The notes beneath the pieces were generated by a model that searched no databases, was not told where the DNA came from, and saw only the letters and a program-made list of their open reading frames with translations. A DNA stretch of 64,000 nucleotides, taken from positions 27,128,912 through 27,192,911 of the forward strand of contig NC_092675.1 in the NCBI RefSeq assembly GCF_964355755.1, in the 5' to 3' direction. A program made the position numbers and the translations under genes. The stretch's first letter is position 1. Every line of letters begins with the position of its first letter. This DNA is from Antedon mediterranea. Lineage: Eukaryota > Animalia > Echinodermata. This document shows, piece after piece, positions 26,482 to 38,500 of this stretch.

Positions 26482-26605
26482 GTTGAACTTGACCTTGAAG
26501 CGTTGAGCGTGATATATGGCCGGGTTGTCCTTCTCTTGGATCAGAGATGACGGTTTAAATAGTCGGTAAGTAGGCCTATGTTAAACTACTGTACAATATG
26601 ATTGG
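26482..26605 (-). promoter_or_regulatory. Putative core promoter and non-coding first exon of the Spaetzle-like gene
   Basis: On the minus strand: CCAAT at 26605-26601, TATTTAAA at ~26561-26554, and a candidate donor AAC|GTAAAC at ~26481. Confidence 0.4.
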
Positions 26606-27848
26606 TCGACTTGCGGTGACTGAAACCAAATTTAAATTCATCAGTGCGTGAGCTGACAGACAAACGTATAATTTAGAAAAAGGACGACAAAGTTGGCAGT
26701 AACTTGATTCGTAAATATTCGGAGATAAAAACACACACATTCTTCTAAACATTCCATATCATTGTTTAATTAAAGCTTGAAGCAAATCAAAACAGTACAA
26801 ATGAATAGAGCCTTCACTCATAAATAACTACAATCTAAAAAAAATAGGCGTTGTCGAAAATATTGACGGTTAACTGAACATTATTATAATGGTTGAGAGG
26901 TAGGCCTGCTATTACAAGATAAGAAAACATTATAAATTGTTGATATTTGTCACTAATGGTTTCGACTAGCAATCCTTATAACAACTTAGTCGTTATAGTA
27001 TATTTATTCTATTGTTAATCTAATTATGACGCGCCGCCGGTGTCAAACATTTCAATTCAAGATATACATTGTCCCATAAAAAACTGTCACATAGCTATTA
27101 AAAAATCGAATCGAAAAAAGCCTGATAAAATCGTAATTTAAAGAAACAATAATAACCGTAAATTGTCACAAATTTCAAATAACTAGATGGTACGCGAGCG
27201 AAGCGAGCGCAGATGGTTCTCGAGTACATAGTAATTTCAGCGTAACAAAACTGGCGATTTCAAATGTACGTACCGCAGGACTATAATACATTGTCGTTTA
27301 CAGAAACGAATAAATAGACACGATGATTTATGTAGTCAACTAAAATTAGCACCCTGGGAATTACTTCCGAAGGAGAAACTTATCACAAAATGAGTCAAAA
27401 TTTTTGATTTGGACTCATTTAAAGAAACCCAATTTGTGTTTTGTATGTAACATTAGGGTTGAGGGATGGGAAAGCGGATAGGTACAAAGAGGAACAATTT
27501 TTAAATATATTCTTTATCCACTCAGAAACGAAATATTTTTTTCATGTTTTATAGGCCTATAAATAATATACCTCTAAATTCTAAATACAGTAAAACATTT
27601 GCGATTTAAAATACTTTGTTAAAACTGTCACTGTCATAATCGATTGAAATATTAAAGTACATGTCACGATAAACCACTACGACGTTTATATTTTTGGTAA
27701 TTATTAATTAATACAAACGTTGAGAAGGAACTGTCAGTATAAAGTTTATTTGTATATAATAATGTGTTTATAAATCAAAGAGCTGCATAGGCAGGATATA
27801 GAAAAAAATCAAGATCAAATAAGTTAAAACTGCCTCAATATAGATTTA

Positions 27849-27891
27849 TTTTAACGACATGTTTCGGGCATAGCCCATCATCAGGTGAAAA
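27849..27891 (-). ncRNA. Minimal type I hammerhead ribozyme
   Basis: Minus strand ttttcac-CTGATGA-t-gggc-tat-gccc-GAAAC-at-GTC-gttaaaa: intact core, stem II GGGC/GCCC, palindromic stem III ACATGT, stem I ttttcac/gttaaaa. Its position downstream of the PLE ORF is typical. Confidence 0.8.
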
Positions 27892-28111
27892 GAATTGTAA
27901 CAAAGGATAACATATATAAGTCACAAAATTACATAATAAAACAAATCAGCCAATCAAAGATGTTAACAAACAAAAGGCATAGTTATAAAGGCACGCCTCC
28001 AAAAGCTATGGTGTACATGCAGGAATGGTTGCTTATAAAGCAGGAAATTTAAAACAAAGACAAAAGCTTCAAGTGTAAATAATTGTTAATATGTGAATGT
28101 CTCTGGCAAAA

Positions 28112-28615
28112 TTAATGTTTAAAGGATCTAAATTGTACATTTATGCCGGTAGGGGCAAGAGTGCCAAGCTTTACAATTATTCTTTCTTCTATAATTCTAC
28201 GAGATGTCTCAGAACCATTACATACTTTAACACCAGAAATAGTAATATCCGAAAGGGAATGCTCATTATTACAAAAATGGGTGGCTACAGGTAATCCGGG
28301 AGTCTTTAGTTTAATAGACCTTAAATGTTCTACAAACCTATCACCTAACCTGCGTTTAGTTTCACCAATATAAAGCATATTACATTTAGTACACGAAATA
28401 CAATAAACTAGATTTCTAGTGGTGCACGTAATACGATCTGTGATAACATAATTACCAGAAGGTCCTACTATTTGGTTTGAACACGAAACGTAATTACATG
28501 TCGAACATCTATTTCTATTACATTTGAATGTTCCAGTTGATTCATTACCTTTGTTTTGTAATTTAGATTTAACTAAAGTGTCTTTAATGCTTTGATCACG
28601 TCTGTAAGCTATCAT
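28112..28615 (-). CDS. GIY-YIG endonuclease domain fragment of Penelope-like element (no RT domain)
   Basis: 167-aa ORF with VY..YIGET..R..EH motifs and a preceding Cys cluster. Confidence 0.75.
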   Translation of the reverse strand: MIAYRRDQSIKDTLVKSKLQNKGNESTGTFKCNRNRCSTCNYVSCSNQIVGPSGNYVITDRITCTTRNLVYCISCTKCNMLYIGETKRRLGDRFVEHLRSIKLKTPGLPVATHFCNNEHSLSDITISGVKVCNGSETSRRIIEERIIVKLGTLAPTGINVQFRSFKH

Positions 28616-28967
28616 GGGTGGTTCTCAGTAATAAAGTTTATTTGTATATATTTTTATATTACATCTAACAGTACGAACCTTAACAGACAGTTAAGAAATG
28701 TTCGATTCAAATGAGGACCAAAAATATTTATTGTCAAAGTATTGCAAGTTTACTCTCAAAGGGCCCATATATTTAGCTACCGTATGTGTTAAACCAAGGG
28801 CTCATAAATTTACCTATTTGTGTTAAACCAAACTCTTGCAGACTGAGAGATTGGGATGTTCCATTCATCGCAAATCAATACATTTGTATAATCGTATATT
28901 AAATCTATCAAAATAGTATTTTTTAAAGAAAATCGGCCTGTCTTCAACATTATGATGCTGTACTCTT

Positions 28968-29668
28968 GCTGTTCAACCGGTTTTCAGCTATTAAAAACAA
29001 TTATCGTAGGAGGAGATAGGAAAATGCGAAGCCGCCTCGCATTTTTGTGACGGGTATTTTTCAAGATGGACATCCATTAGACAGTGTATACCACGATCGG
29101 AAAACACCCATATTTGGGGCAAATCGTTGAACCTAAATTCGTTTTAATCGTCAATAACTAATTATCTAACTTAATTTAATTAGTAAACAGGGTTACATCA
29201 GGTGGTTAAAATCAGTACCGAAAGTACGAACCAACTTTATATACCATCGAGTAAAAATTCTAGAGGTAAGGCGCGATTTACCGAATTTTGGCCTTACGTA
29301 AATTTATATATAGATAGCTGTTCAACCGGTTTTCAGCTATTAAAAACAATTATCGTAGGAGGAGATAGGAAAATGCGAAGCCGCTTCGCATTTTTGTGGC
29401 GGGTATTTTTCAAGATGGACATCCATTAGACAGTGTATACCACGATCGGAAAACACCCCTATTTGGGGCAAATCGTTGAACCTAAATTCGTTTTAATCGT
29501 CAATAACTAATTATCTAACTTAATTTAATTAGTAAACAGGGTTACATCAGGTGGTTAAAATCAGTACCGAAAGTACGAACCAACTTTTTATACCATCGAG
29601 TAAAAATTCTAGAGGTAAGGCGCGATTTACCGAATTTTGGCCTTACGTAAATTTATATATAGATAGCT
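28968..29668. repeat. Tandem duplication, 2 x 349 bp, near-identical
   Basis: gctgttcaaccggttttcagc begins at 28968 and again at 29317, with only a few substitutions. Confidence 0.95.
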
Positions 29669-29999
29669 ATTCAAAAATTGGATCGAAAAAACCCTGATCG
29701 TAATTTAAAGAAACACAATAACCATGTGTAGACAAAAACGTGTGTAGACCATCGCACTTATAAACATCCATTGTATACTGTATAACGAAGACATTCAAAG
29801 AGAAAATACAGTAGTAGGCCTACTTTTTAAAATAATTTTTCTTTCCGCTACGTTGGCTTCATGGACCAATCATCGCTAACTTCGGTGGGTATAGGTATAA
29901 CCATCTTACTCGGGTAAATAATAACAAGCCCCTTTGTTTGTATATCATCATAAAATAAGTGACATGAAACAGTTAACATGTGTAACAAAACATAACATT

Positions 30000-30330
30000 A
30001 ATTTACCTCGCTAAGAAGGTATGATGTAGTCGATCGCGCGCGTGTGTGTATGTTTCTCCGCCAATGACCACGGTCCCAATTCTGGACCACTTTTTAGTAT
30101 AATTTTCAGACCTGTTAGTGTTAAAAGTAACAAGTAAACTGAAATTGCATTTTCTCTTTCTCTACTACTTAAGAGGCAAGAGTTATAATTTATGATTTGT
30201 AATTTTAAACCATAATTTGATTTAATTTACACATTTTTTTCAAATTCAACCGTTTGTTTTTGGCGTTACACCAAATTCGCATACACATGCTTGTAGTAGA
30301 ATAAATCACACATAGCATTAAGACACACAC
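30000..30330 (+). mobile_element. Degenerate, deleted copy of the 39329-40024 HINE-like element
   Basis: Shared blocks ggtcccaattctggaccactttttagtat, agaggcaagagttataattt and gcattaagacacacac. Confidence 0.8.
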
Positions 30331-32508
30331 AGTTTTTTAGGTAAAAACATTTTTTTTCGATCCAATTTTTCGTGAAATTGGATAACTATTAGGTGACTTT
30401 AAAATGGAATACTTATTCAACAAATTTGTTTAGGAATTATTTTTTCAGGGGGAGAATACATTCTTAAATATTTAAAGACTTGCTTGAAAAGTAGGCCTAT
30501 TCATCGTACGTACGTATGTGAATAATGAATACCATTTCAATCAGACGTACCTGATGTGACGTGTAGGCCTACATACCTGTATATATGCAGTTGTATAATT
30601 TATATTGATTTACATACAATGGCATAGGCCTAAAATAAATAATTAATTATAATAAATGTATGTATAAAAACCTTTTTAAAAATCCTTATTGAAACCAATG
30701 TATAGGATGCAATTCGAGGGAACAGCTTGATAACACAAGTAAAGTTTCTTTTTAGTCCAAAATGAATCAACCATAAATGTACAATACATGCTAGTTTGTA
30801 GCTTTAACCAAACTTTACATAGAATAACCATTTAACCAGAACACCATTCAATTGTGACAAATGAAGTTAGGCCTACTGTCATTTTTGAGTGATTCATACT
30901 ATTCAATTCATCTGCTACAAGGACATTTACGCATACATTTACATTGTTTTCAATGCTGATAGATCACGCATTTTAGACGATTTGGAATAATCAACCGTAA
31001 AAAGATAACATTTTGACGCACATGGCGTGTCATACCTCAAAGCTGTAACCAGGAAAATCAAACTCTCGCTGGTGGTGGCCGTTTAAAAGCAATAGTAAAA
31101 GTTAGTACTAACTTGTAGAAATTAAGTCTAGGTGCAATAAGGCAAAAACAGAAACATGTCCAGTTTACGTTTATCCCGACCAGTCTAAGGCTCTGTACTG
31201 TCTACACTATCAAACTTTATGTGACAAAAAAATGTGATGTGCCCATATATGGACACGATGATGTCATATTACTTCCATATTTAGGCGCATCACACTTGTC
31301 AAACTAGATATGATAGTGTAGACTAGCTTTATAATATATTATATTCAATAGTTTAGTTGTTGTAAGTCTTTATTTAGCTTTTCATTCCAGCCAATATTAA
31401 GTATGTCACAGTACTGTTTTAAATTATCATTGAATACATGGTGACTTACTTATCATAGTAATAATAATAATAATAATAAGATTTATACAGCGCACATATC
31501 ACTAAAGTGCTCAAGGCGCAAAATCGATATCGCATGGTAGGATTTAGTTCTGGTTCAAGCCTCATCATCGATCCATTCATCCGTAATTTGATCCAAATGA
31601 AACCGATCATGCGCACCAGTGGCCGTATTCACCATTCACGTAAGGGAAATACCCTTAATATTCAAAAACTTGTTAAAGATGTATTGTCCCCCAAAAACAT
31701 GAAAACTTAACAAATCAGAATTTGAATAGATTATTGTGTAGTTAAAAAAAGTTAATCACTTGGTAGAAAATAAAAAGTTTTCACTTATAAAATGACAAAA
31801 TAAATGGTTAAATTAAATCAAAAACTCATTGGCTGGCAGCCAATTTGCTTTAAATTACAGTTTTTAGGTAAAAACATTTTTTTACCTTTTTTTTTCTACG
31901 AAAGTGATTAACTTTTTTTACAGCCAATATCAAGTATGTCACAGTACTGTTTTAAATTATCATTGAAAAAATGTACGAATAAGTTCTAAATAGTCAATGA
32001 CCAAGGCCACATTATTCTAAGTTGAATTGAATATTTTTTTTATTCCAAAAGATTATAGAGAGCGATCCCTTAACAAGAAACAATTTGTTAAAGACTAGGG
32101 ACCACTGACTGACTCTTTTTGCTCTTTAAAGTCTACACTATCAAACTAATTTGACAAATAAAGTGTGATGTGCCCAAATATGGTAGTGATATGACATCAT
32201 CATGTCCATTTTTTTGTCACATAAAGTTTGACAGTATAGATAGAGCTTTTGCTTATCCAACTGGTCTGTTTTGAGGACAACTAATTCCACGGACTCCTCG
32301 CTGTTTTTTACAAGCAGTTTGTGACTCTTGTAAGTGACCCGTCGAAAAAATAATTCTACCTCACCAACAATACATCCTATTTTGTAACTTTCATTATCAC
32401 ATGGTTTCTTATTTTGTTTTAAAATGCTCATACAACCCTATCTTGTAAAGTTAGTTTTTTTTCCTGTTTTATCAACAATACCAGGATGATATACAGAAAT
32501 AATCTTGG

Positions 32509-35500
32509 TTAAAAATATTTTTGAAGTGGTTCCCCTAGTGTGTTCTCAAGTTCTCCAATCACCTTCTGACATTGAATTTCAACATCAGTTGATTCATCTA
32601 AAAAAGAAAATTAAATAAGTCAGAAATTTCAATGTAGTTTTGATCCAGATATTAGAAATGATTGGTAAAAGAACATCACCGCCGAGCTAAGAACAACCCT
32701 GTGTCATACCCGGATAAAAAGGGGTAATATAGAACAAATTCACAATTGAAAAACTGCAACCACAGTACATTATAGTCAAGTTGTGTCATGTTTACAGTGG
32801 AACACCCTAATTCATGGCAAGCAACCAAGGACAAATAAAAAAAAATATTTATGTTTATGAATTTATTGGAAATAGTTTAAGGGTCTTACCTTCTAAAAGT
32901 TCTGAGAGGAATGGCAACGTCTCTGGTAGGAGTGTAAGGAACTCCTCACCCAGTTGCCTGTGAATTTCTTCGAGCATCACCAGTGCCGCAAAACGAACCT
33001 TAAACAAGAAATAATAGAAATAGAGAAAACAGAGTGAATAAATATTACTCTATTGGTTATATTGTTAAAACAATTTGCAAATTGAAAATGTATTATTGCA
33101 TGCAGGAATTCAGTCTTTATAACTACAGTATTATATTGTTTGAGAGTTTGCATGGCGAAATCAAATGTTGATATGAATTGTGTGGTACACCACATTATTA
33201 GTTCTGAAGTTCTGTTGCGTTTCTCGACGTTTCAATCAATATGCTTTGATTGTCCTTAGGACTAATATATGTGGTGTACCGCAAAATATATATCAATTAC
33301 AGTATTATTAGTTATTTTCAGTTACATTCGACAGCGGAGAAAACTGCCACTAACGCAATGGATTAAAAATATATAAAACAATATAAACTATATTTAAAAT
33401 ACAAAAACTTTAAACAATATCACAGATATTATTACAAAAACTTTGATAACACTCAAGAAAGGGGTCAATGGATTTATTTTTTTCAAACATATCCAGTTCA
33501 TTTATTTGGAAGCTTTCAATTGTGTAATCGGTCGTAGTCTGGGCCTAAAAAAAGGTGTTGAGGAATATAGAAAGCAATTCCTAACGCTCCTGCATACACA
33601 CAAAGAATTAACATGATGTAAAGTAACTAGGTCGTCAGCAATTAAAAGTTCTCTATTATTAAACTAATATTAGAGGTCAGAGGTTGTGCATTATAAGAGA
33701 AAGTGGTTTAGTCGAATCTTGTAATGTGTATACCTTTGGGTCTGAATTACGTGTTTTGAGGAGCAGTTGGTAGTTGAGTGGTTGCCAACATCCGGTGTCC
33801 TGAGCCGAGGCCATCATCTGTGCCACACATGGGGTCAACTGTGTTGTAATCATTGTTTTATATTCTTCATCACCTAAAGTAGTGTTCTCAACCTACGAAA
33901 AAGAAATCATTCAATCTAACATTCGTTTTCTAAAAAATATTGATATAGAATAGATATTAAATATCAATTTGTTATATATATATATATATATATATAAATC
34001 AAGGTCATGCATCTGAAAAGAGGAGGGAGTGGGAGGGGGGTTTGAGGTCTGGAGTTTAAAAACCTGCTTAAACAATTATTCTACATATACTAATATATAT
34101 TTTTTAACTAATATTATTAGTCAAAAAGTTACTAAACTAACCTGGTCCAACAATGGCATCATAAGAACATCAAATCTTTCTTTGGTAACAAAACCTTCTT
34201 TGTCGTACAGAAACACTTTATGTAAAGTTGAGAGGACAGATTGTAACAGTAAATTACACTTAGCATCATCAAACAACTCATCTGAAATAAATACAAACGA
34301 AATATTGAATATGGTTGATTAGGAGTGCACTTGAATTATTTGAAATAATTATTCAAATAATGAATGTTTCAGTTGAATGGAAAATATTCTAATCCTTCAA
34401 CTCATGAAAATTATCTCTACATTCAACAAAATGCAAAACATTCATTATTTGTTTTTCACTAGGAGAATTTGTTTGGGCATATCATGCATATTCATGTTTC
34501 CTCTTTCTAAATCCAAATGTTATAAAACTACACAAACAGAATATGTCACATCAACACTGTCAAATTAAAATTATTTGAAAGTCTAAAGAGTACAAAGTTT
34601 CAAATCAATCATTATGATATCTTTTTGTAATTATGCATTTCAGTGATTAAACATTGTAAATTGTAAATAATGCAACAGCCACAGCTGAGACCTTACATTA
34701 CTACAATCGACTCCAGATATAGTATAGTCTCCAGATGACCTTGGGCTATATTTTTAACCATGGGTTATATTTTTAACCATGCCCAGTAAATATTTGTTTT
34801 ATATACCGTACCACCCAATTTGGCTGGGTAGGTAGGATAGGCTGAAGCAAACGCATACATGGACTTGGTTGGAGTAGGCCTAGTTAGTGCCACAGTTTAA
34901 CAAACAAAAATGGCCTGCATTTGATAATTCATCACTTTCAGATATGCAATCAATATTCCCAAATCATACTTTTTTGTTTCTTCATATTTTAACTGGCCGC
35001 TCATACACAAGTTAATCATCAAAGGCTTGGCGAGGGCTAGCTACGGAATCGTTATGCATGTGGATCCGATTGTATGAAGAAGAAGATAGAGGAAACAGAC
35101 ATGCACATTTTAGCCGGTCTATAGTTCGAGGGCATGGCAATAAGACCGGCGAATTGAAAGGTGCCAGTACATAAAACACATGATACATAATATGTGCAAC
35201 TCAATCTTTTACATCAACTCACTAGACTTATTCTTGTTACAGCTGTCGAGCAGTTCAGCACAATTTTTGATCATGTGACCAGCAAACAATGTGAAAATGC
35301 TTTTCATTTTCTCTGCAAACATATCAGTCATCTGATAAAATGTAAGAAGTCGTTCTTTTTGTTCCGACTCTCGTGTAGCCCAATTGTAAAGCTTCAAGAA
35401 CATTGGTCTAAAGGAGACCTCAGATAGCCTCATCACCAGACTTTGCAAAGCATTTAGAATTTCATCTTCCACTTCTTTAGATTTCGTGAGATCATCCTAT

Positions 35501-38500
35501 ATAACAAACAATACAAAATTATCATTAACATCACATGGACCTATAAACCTCTAGCCGATTTTCCACTAGGCGAATTTGTTCACGCGATTCAACACAAATG
35601 CGCATTCATGTTTCCATCTTACAAATCCCTCTCTGCAACAAATTCTAGTTCCTTGAGTTTTTCGATTCAGCGAAATTAATAGTTCGAATTGTTTCTAGTT
35701 TTTGTGAAGTGAAAAAAAGCTCAAGAAATAAGCTATGATGCGTTCACAGACACGCGATGAACATGAAAACCGTAACCATTTACTCTTGTACGATTTTTGT
35801 CTCTGTCAAACGTTGAACAAAAATTTGCCTGGTGGAAAATCGGCTTCATAATTGAGATGTCCTATATCCGGTCGTATCAAAAGCTAGCTATAGTAAGATG
35901 TACAACCAAATCACAATTTTATAAAAATGGATTTTGCACTAAAAAATTAAATAAATACCTTTGAATGTGTAGCCCTGAAGTCCAATGCATTCGTGAAGAG
36001 GTTTTGAAGTGTTGTCATCTGTGCCCTAAGACTGTCTTTATCCATTGTAGTGATGTGTTCCTTCAAGATGCCCATCAGTGATCCAATTCCAGTCTGAATA
36101 TAAGTTTTTATTTAATTTATTAAATTGTTTGAATATATTTAATATTTTTAATAATTCATTTTTAACAATTAAATAATAACTGTTAAATTGAATGTCATTT
36201 TTATCTTCCTTTAATTCTAATTCTTTTTTTTTTATGAATTTTTCTGAATGATTAATTTTGTTCATAGAATTGACATTAAATTGAATAATTAACAGCTTTT
36301 CAAATTGAATTAAATAAACAGAATTCAACAAGACCATGTAACACAAATAAAAATTCCAAAAATTATGAAACATAGAGGAAACTATAGATCAATAATTATT
36401 AGAATGTATGATCAATAACAGTTTTTTGCCCGCACCTCAGCTTTAAAGATAATGTTTGTGAGGTGGTTTCCCGAATGATCGTAAAATCAAAACGGTACTG
36501 GGTATGACCAACTAGCGTTATTGTCACCGGCTAGTCATCCATTCATAGAAGTACTAATGTAGTAGCCTACCTGTACGGTGACCATAGAATGTGACCCGAG
36601 GCATGACTAACTACGACTTTTAGATGATAGAAAGTTGAGAAAAAATGTTACGAGTAGTTGTACGACCTTGTCAATGCACCTTTAAAGATAATGTTTGTGA
36701 AATGTATAAGTTTCATACCTGAGAAGTGGTTACTAAGATTTCATAAACTTGCGTGATAACAGGAAGTAAAACACGAGGAGCTAAGGATACTGCTAGTTGG
36801 TGACCTATGGCCTTTACTCTCACATTTAGTTGACTCTTGGGATCTTCAGAGTTAACAGAAAATTTGCATACCTACAAAAGGAAACAATTCAAAGCATTTT
36901 TTAAATTCATATACTATAAAACCTTATAATTATTCATTTATATTGTGCATTGTATTAAAACACATATTTAAGCAAGTAGAACTAATAGACAATCCTAAAT
37001 TATATTTGCGAGTGGAAAATGTTTCAATATAACCCCTATTAAAGGGACATCTTCTAACCCACCCTAAAGCATATATAAATATTTAGCCCGGCAGTTTGTT
37101 TCACGGGAAAATGTCCCCTCAATAGGAATGTCCCCTCAAAGGATGGGTTCTACTTTAGACATACCAACAGCTGTATATAAAGCATATTTCTTACCTGCCG
37201 AGTGATTTGTAGAAGATATGGATTCAGAAAATGAGGCAGGGTTTCCATTACACGATATACTGCCATCAATATACTGATTAAATGAAGATCAGAGCTGAAA
37301 AAAGTAATTGAAAAACAACTACACATAGACACAATTATTATAAATATACATTTAGAAGAAGTTCTTTCATAAAAAAAAAGCCCTCAACATCATGCGAATA
37401 TACAAATATATATATATTTTTTAAAAGGCAGCGCTAACATATAAATATTAATAGTCAAAAGGGGAGCGTGCGCTCTAATACCATCAGCGTAATTTGTAAC
37501 CAGGTTTGATCTCCCGATTTATTACACGCTTTCATCAATGCATACGCGAACCCTGAGAAATACCGGGAGAAAGTATTGTCATTGCATTGTTGGGGGTACT
37601 ATTTAATTATTTTACCCCTTTCACACCAAAAGCAAAACTCCGGAGACACTCCGGAGACACCCCGGAGTTGACGTCCCGCTGTTTGGTGTGAAAGGTAAAA
37701 TCAAGCAACTCCGGAGTTTAAAACTGCGGGGTTGAACAGCTGAACATTCTCCGGAGAGCGAACTGCGGGGACACCCCGGTGTTTTGGTGTGAAAGGTACC
37801 AACATCAAACTCCGGAGTGTTTCGGGTCAAAAGGTCATCCTCACACGATCACTCATTGCTTTAGTTTTATTTCAAAATACTTTAAATATTTGTACAAAAT
37901 ATATAGCGGGTTTAAAAAATAATTAGTAGTATCAATAAAACATTATATTACTTCTGAGACTTTTGAAAGTAATTATTAAATTAAAAATATTGTTAATTAA
38001 AATTATTCTAATGATCGTCGCTATGTAAACAAACAAAATAGACTTCAACATTTACAATTTTATTTTATAAACCCCGGTGTTGCTAGGTTGGTGTGAAAGG
38101 GGTATCTCCGGAGTTTCTCGACGTTTCGAATGGTCATAAACCCCGGGGTGTCTCCGGAGACACTCCGGGGTCATAAACCCCGGGGTGTCTCCGGAGACAC
38201 TCCGGAGTTTTGGTGTGAAAGGGGTATTAGTGTACTGTGATTGGTTAGTTAAATTCCAGGGCAACACATATGCGCAGTACAAACTCGGGACATCTCGGAA
38301 GAAAAGAGAAGGCCTCTCGGCGGTGTGTTTTTCTCCTGAGATTTCACTCATCTCAGGAGAAAAACACACCGAAGAAATTTTCTTTCTATGCAGAAAATTT
38401 GTCTTCACACTATGCAAACCTGTTTACAAGTTGGATCCGTCCCTGGTCATCTTATAAGGTACACAAATTTCAAGTGATACGCATGGCCCATTGTATCTTA

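Larger units (their letters stand above)
27759..28624 (-). mobile_element. 5'-truncated Penelope-like retroelement (GIY-YIG endonuclease plus 3' region)
   Basis: ORF 28615-28112 with CNRNRCSTC, NLVYCISCTKCNMLYIGETKRRLGDRFVEH, PVATHF and GINV. It is flanked by ~25-bp direct repeats tcagta(a)taaagtttatttgtatata at 27734-27758 and 28625-28650. Confidence 0.88.
27182..29664. mobile_element. Non-autonomous Helentron/HINE-like element hosting the PLE insertion
   Basis: One end actagatggtacgcgagcgaagcgagc; an inverted subterminal match taccatcgagt; hairpin gtaagg...ccttac; other end atttatatatagat. Confidence 0.55.
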
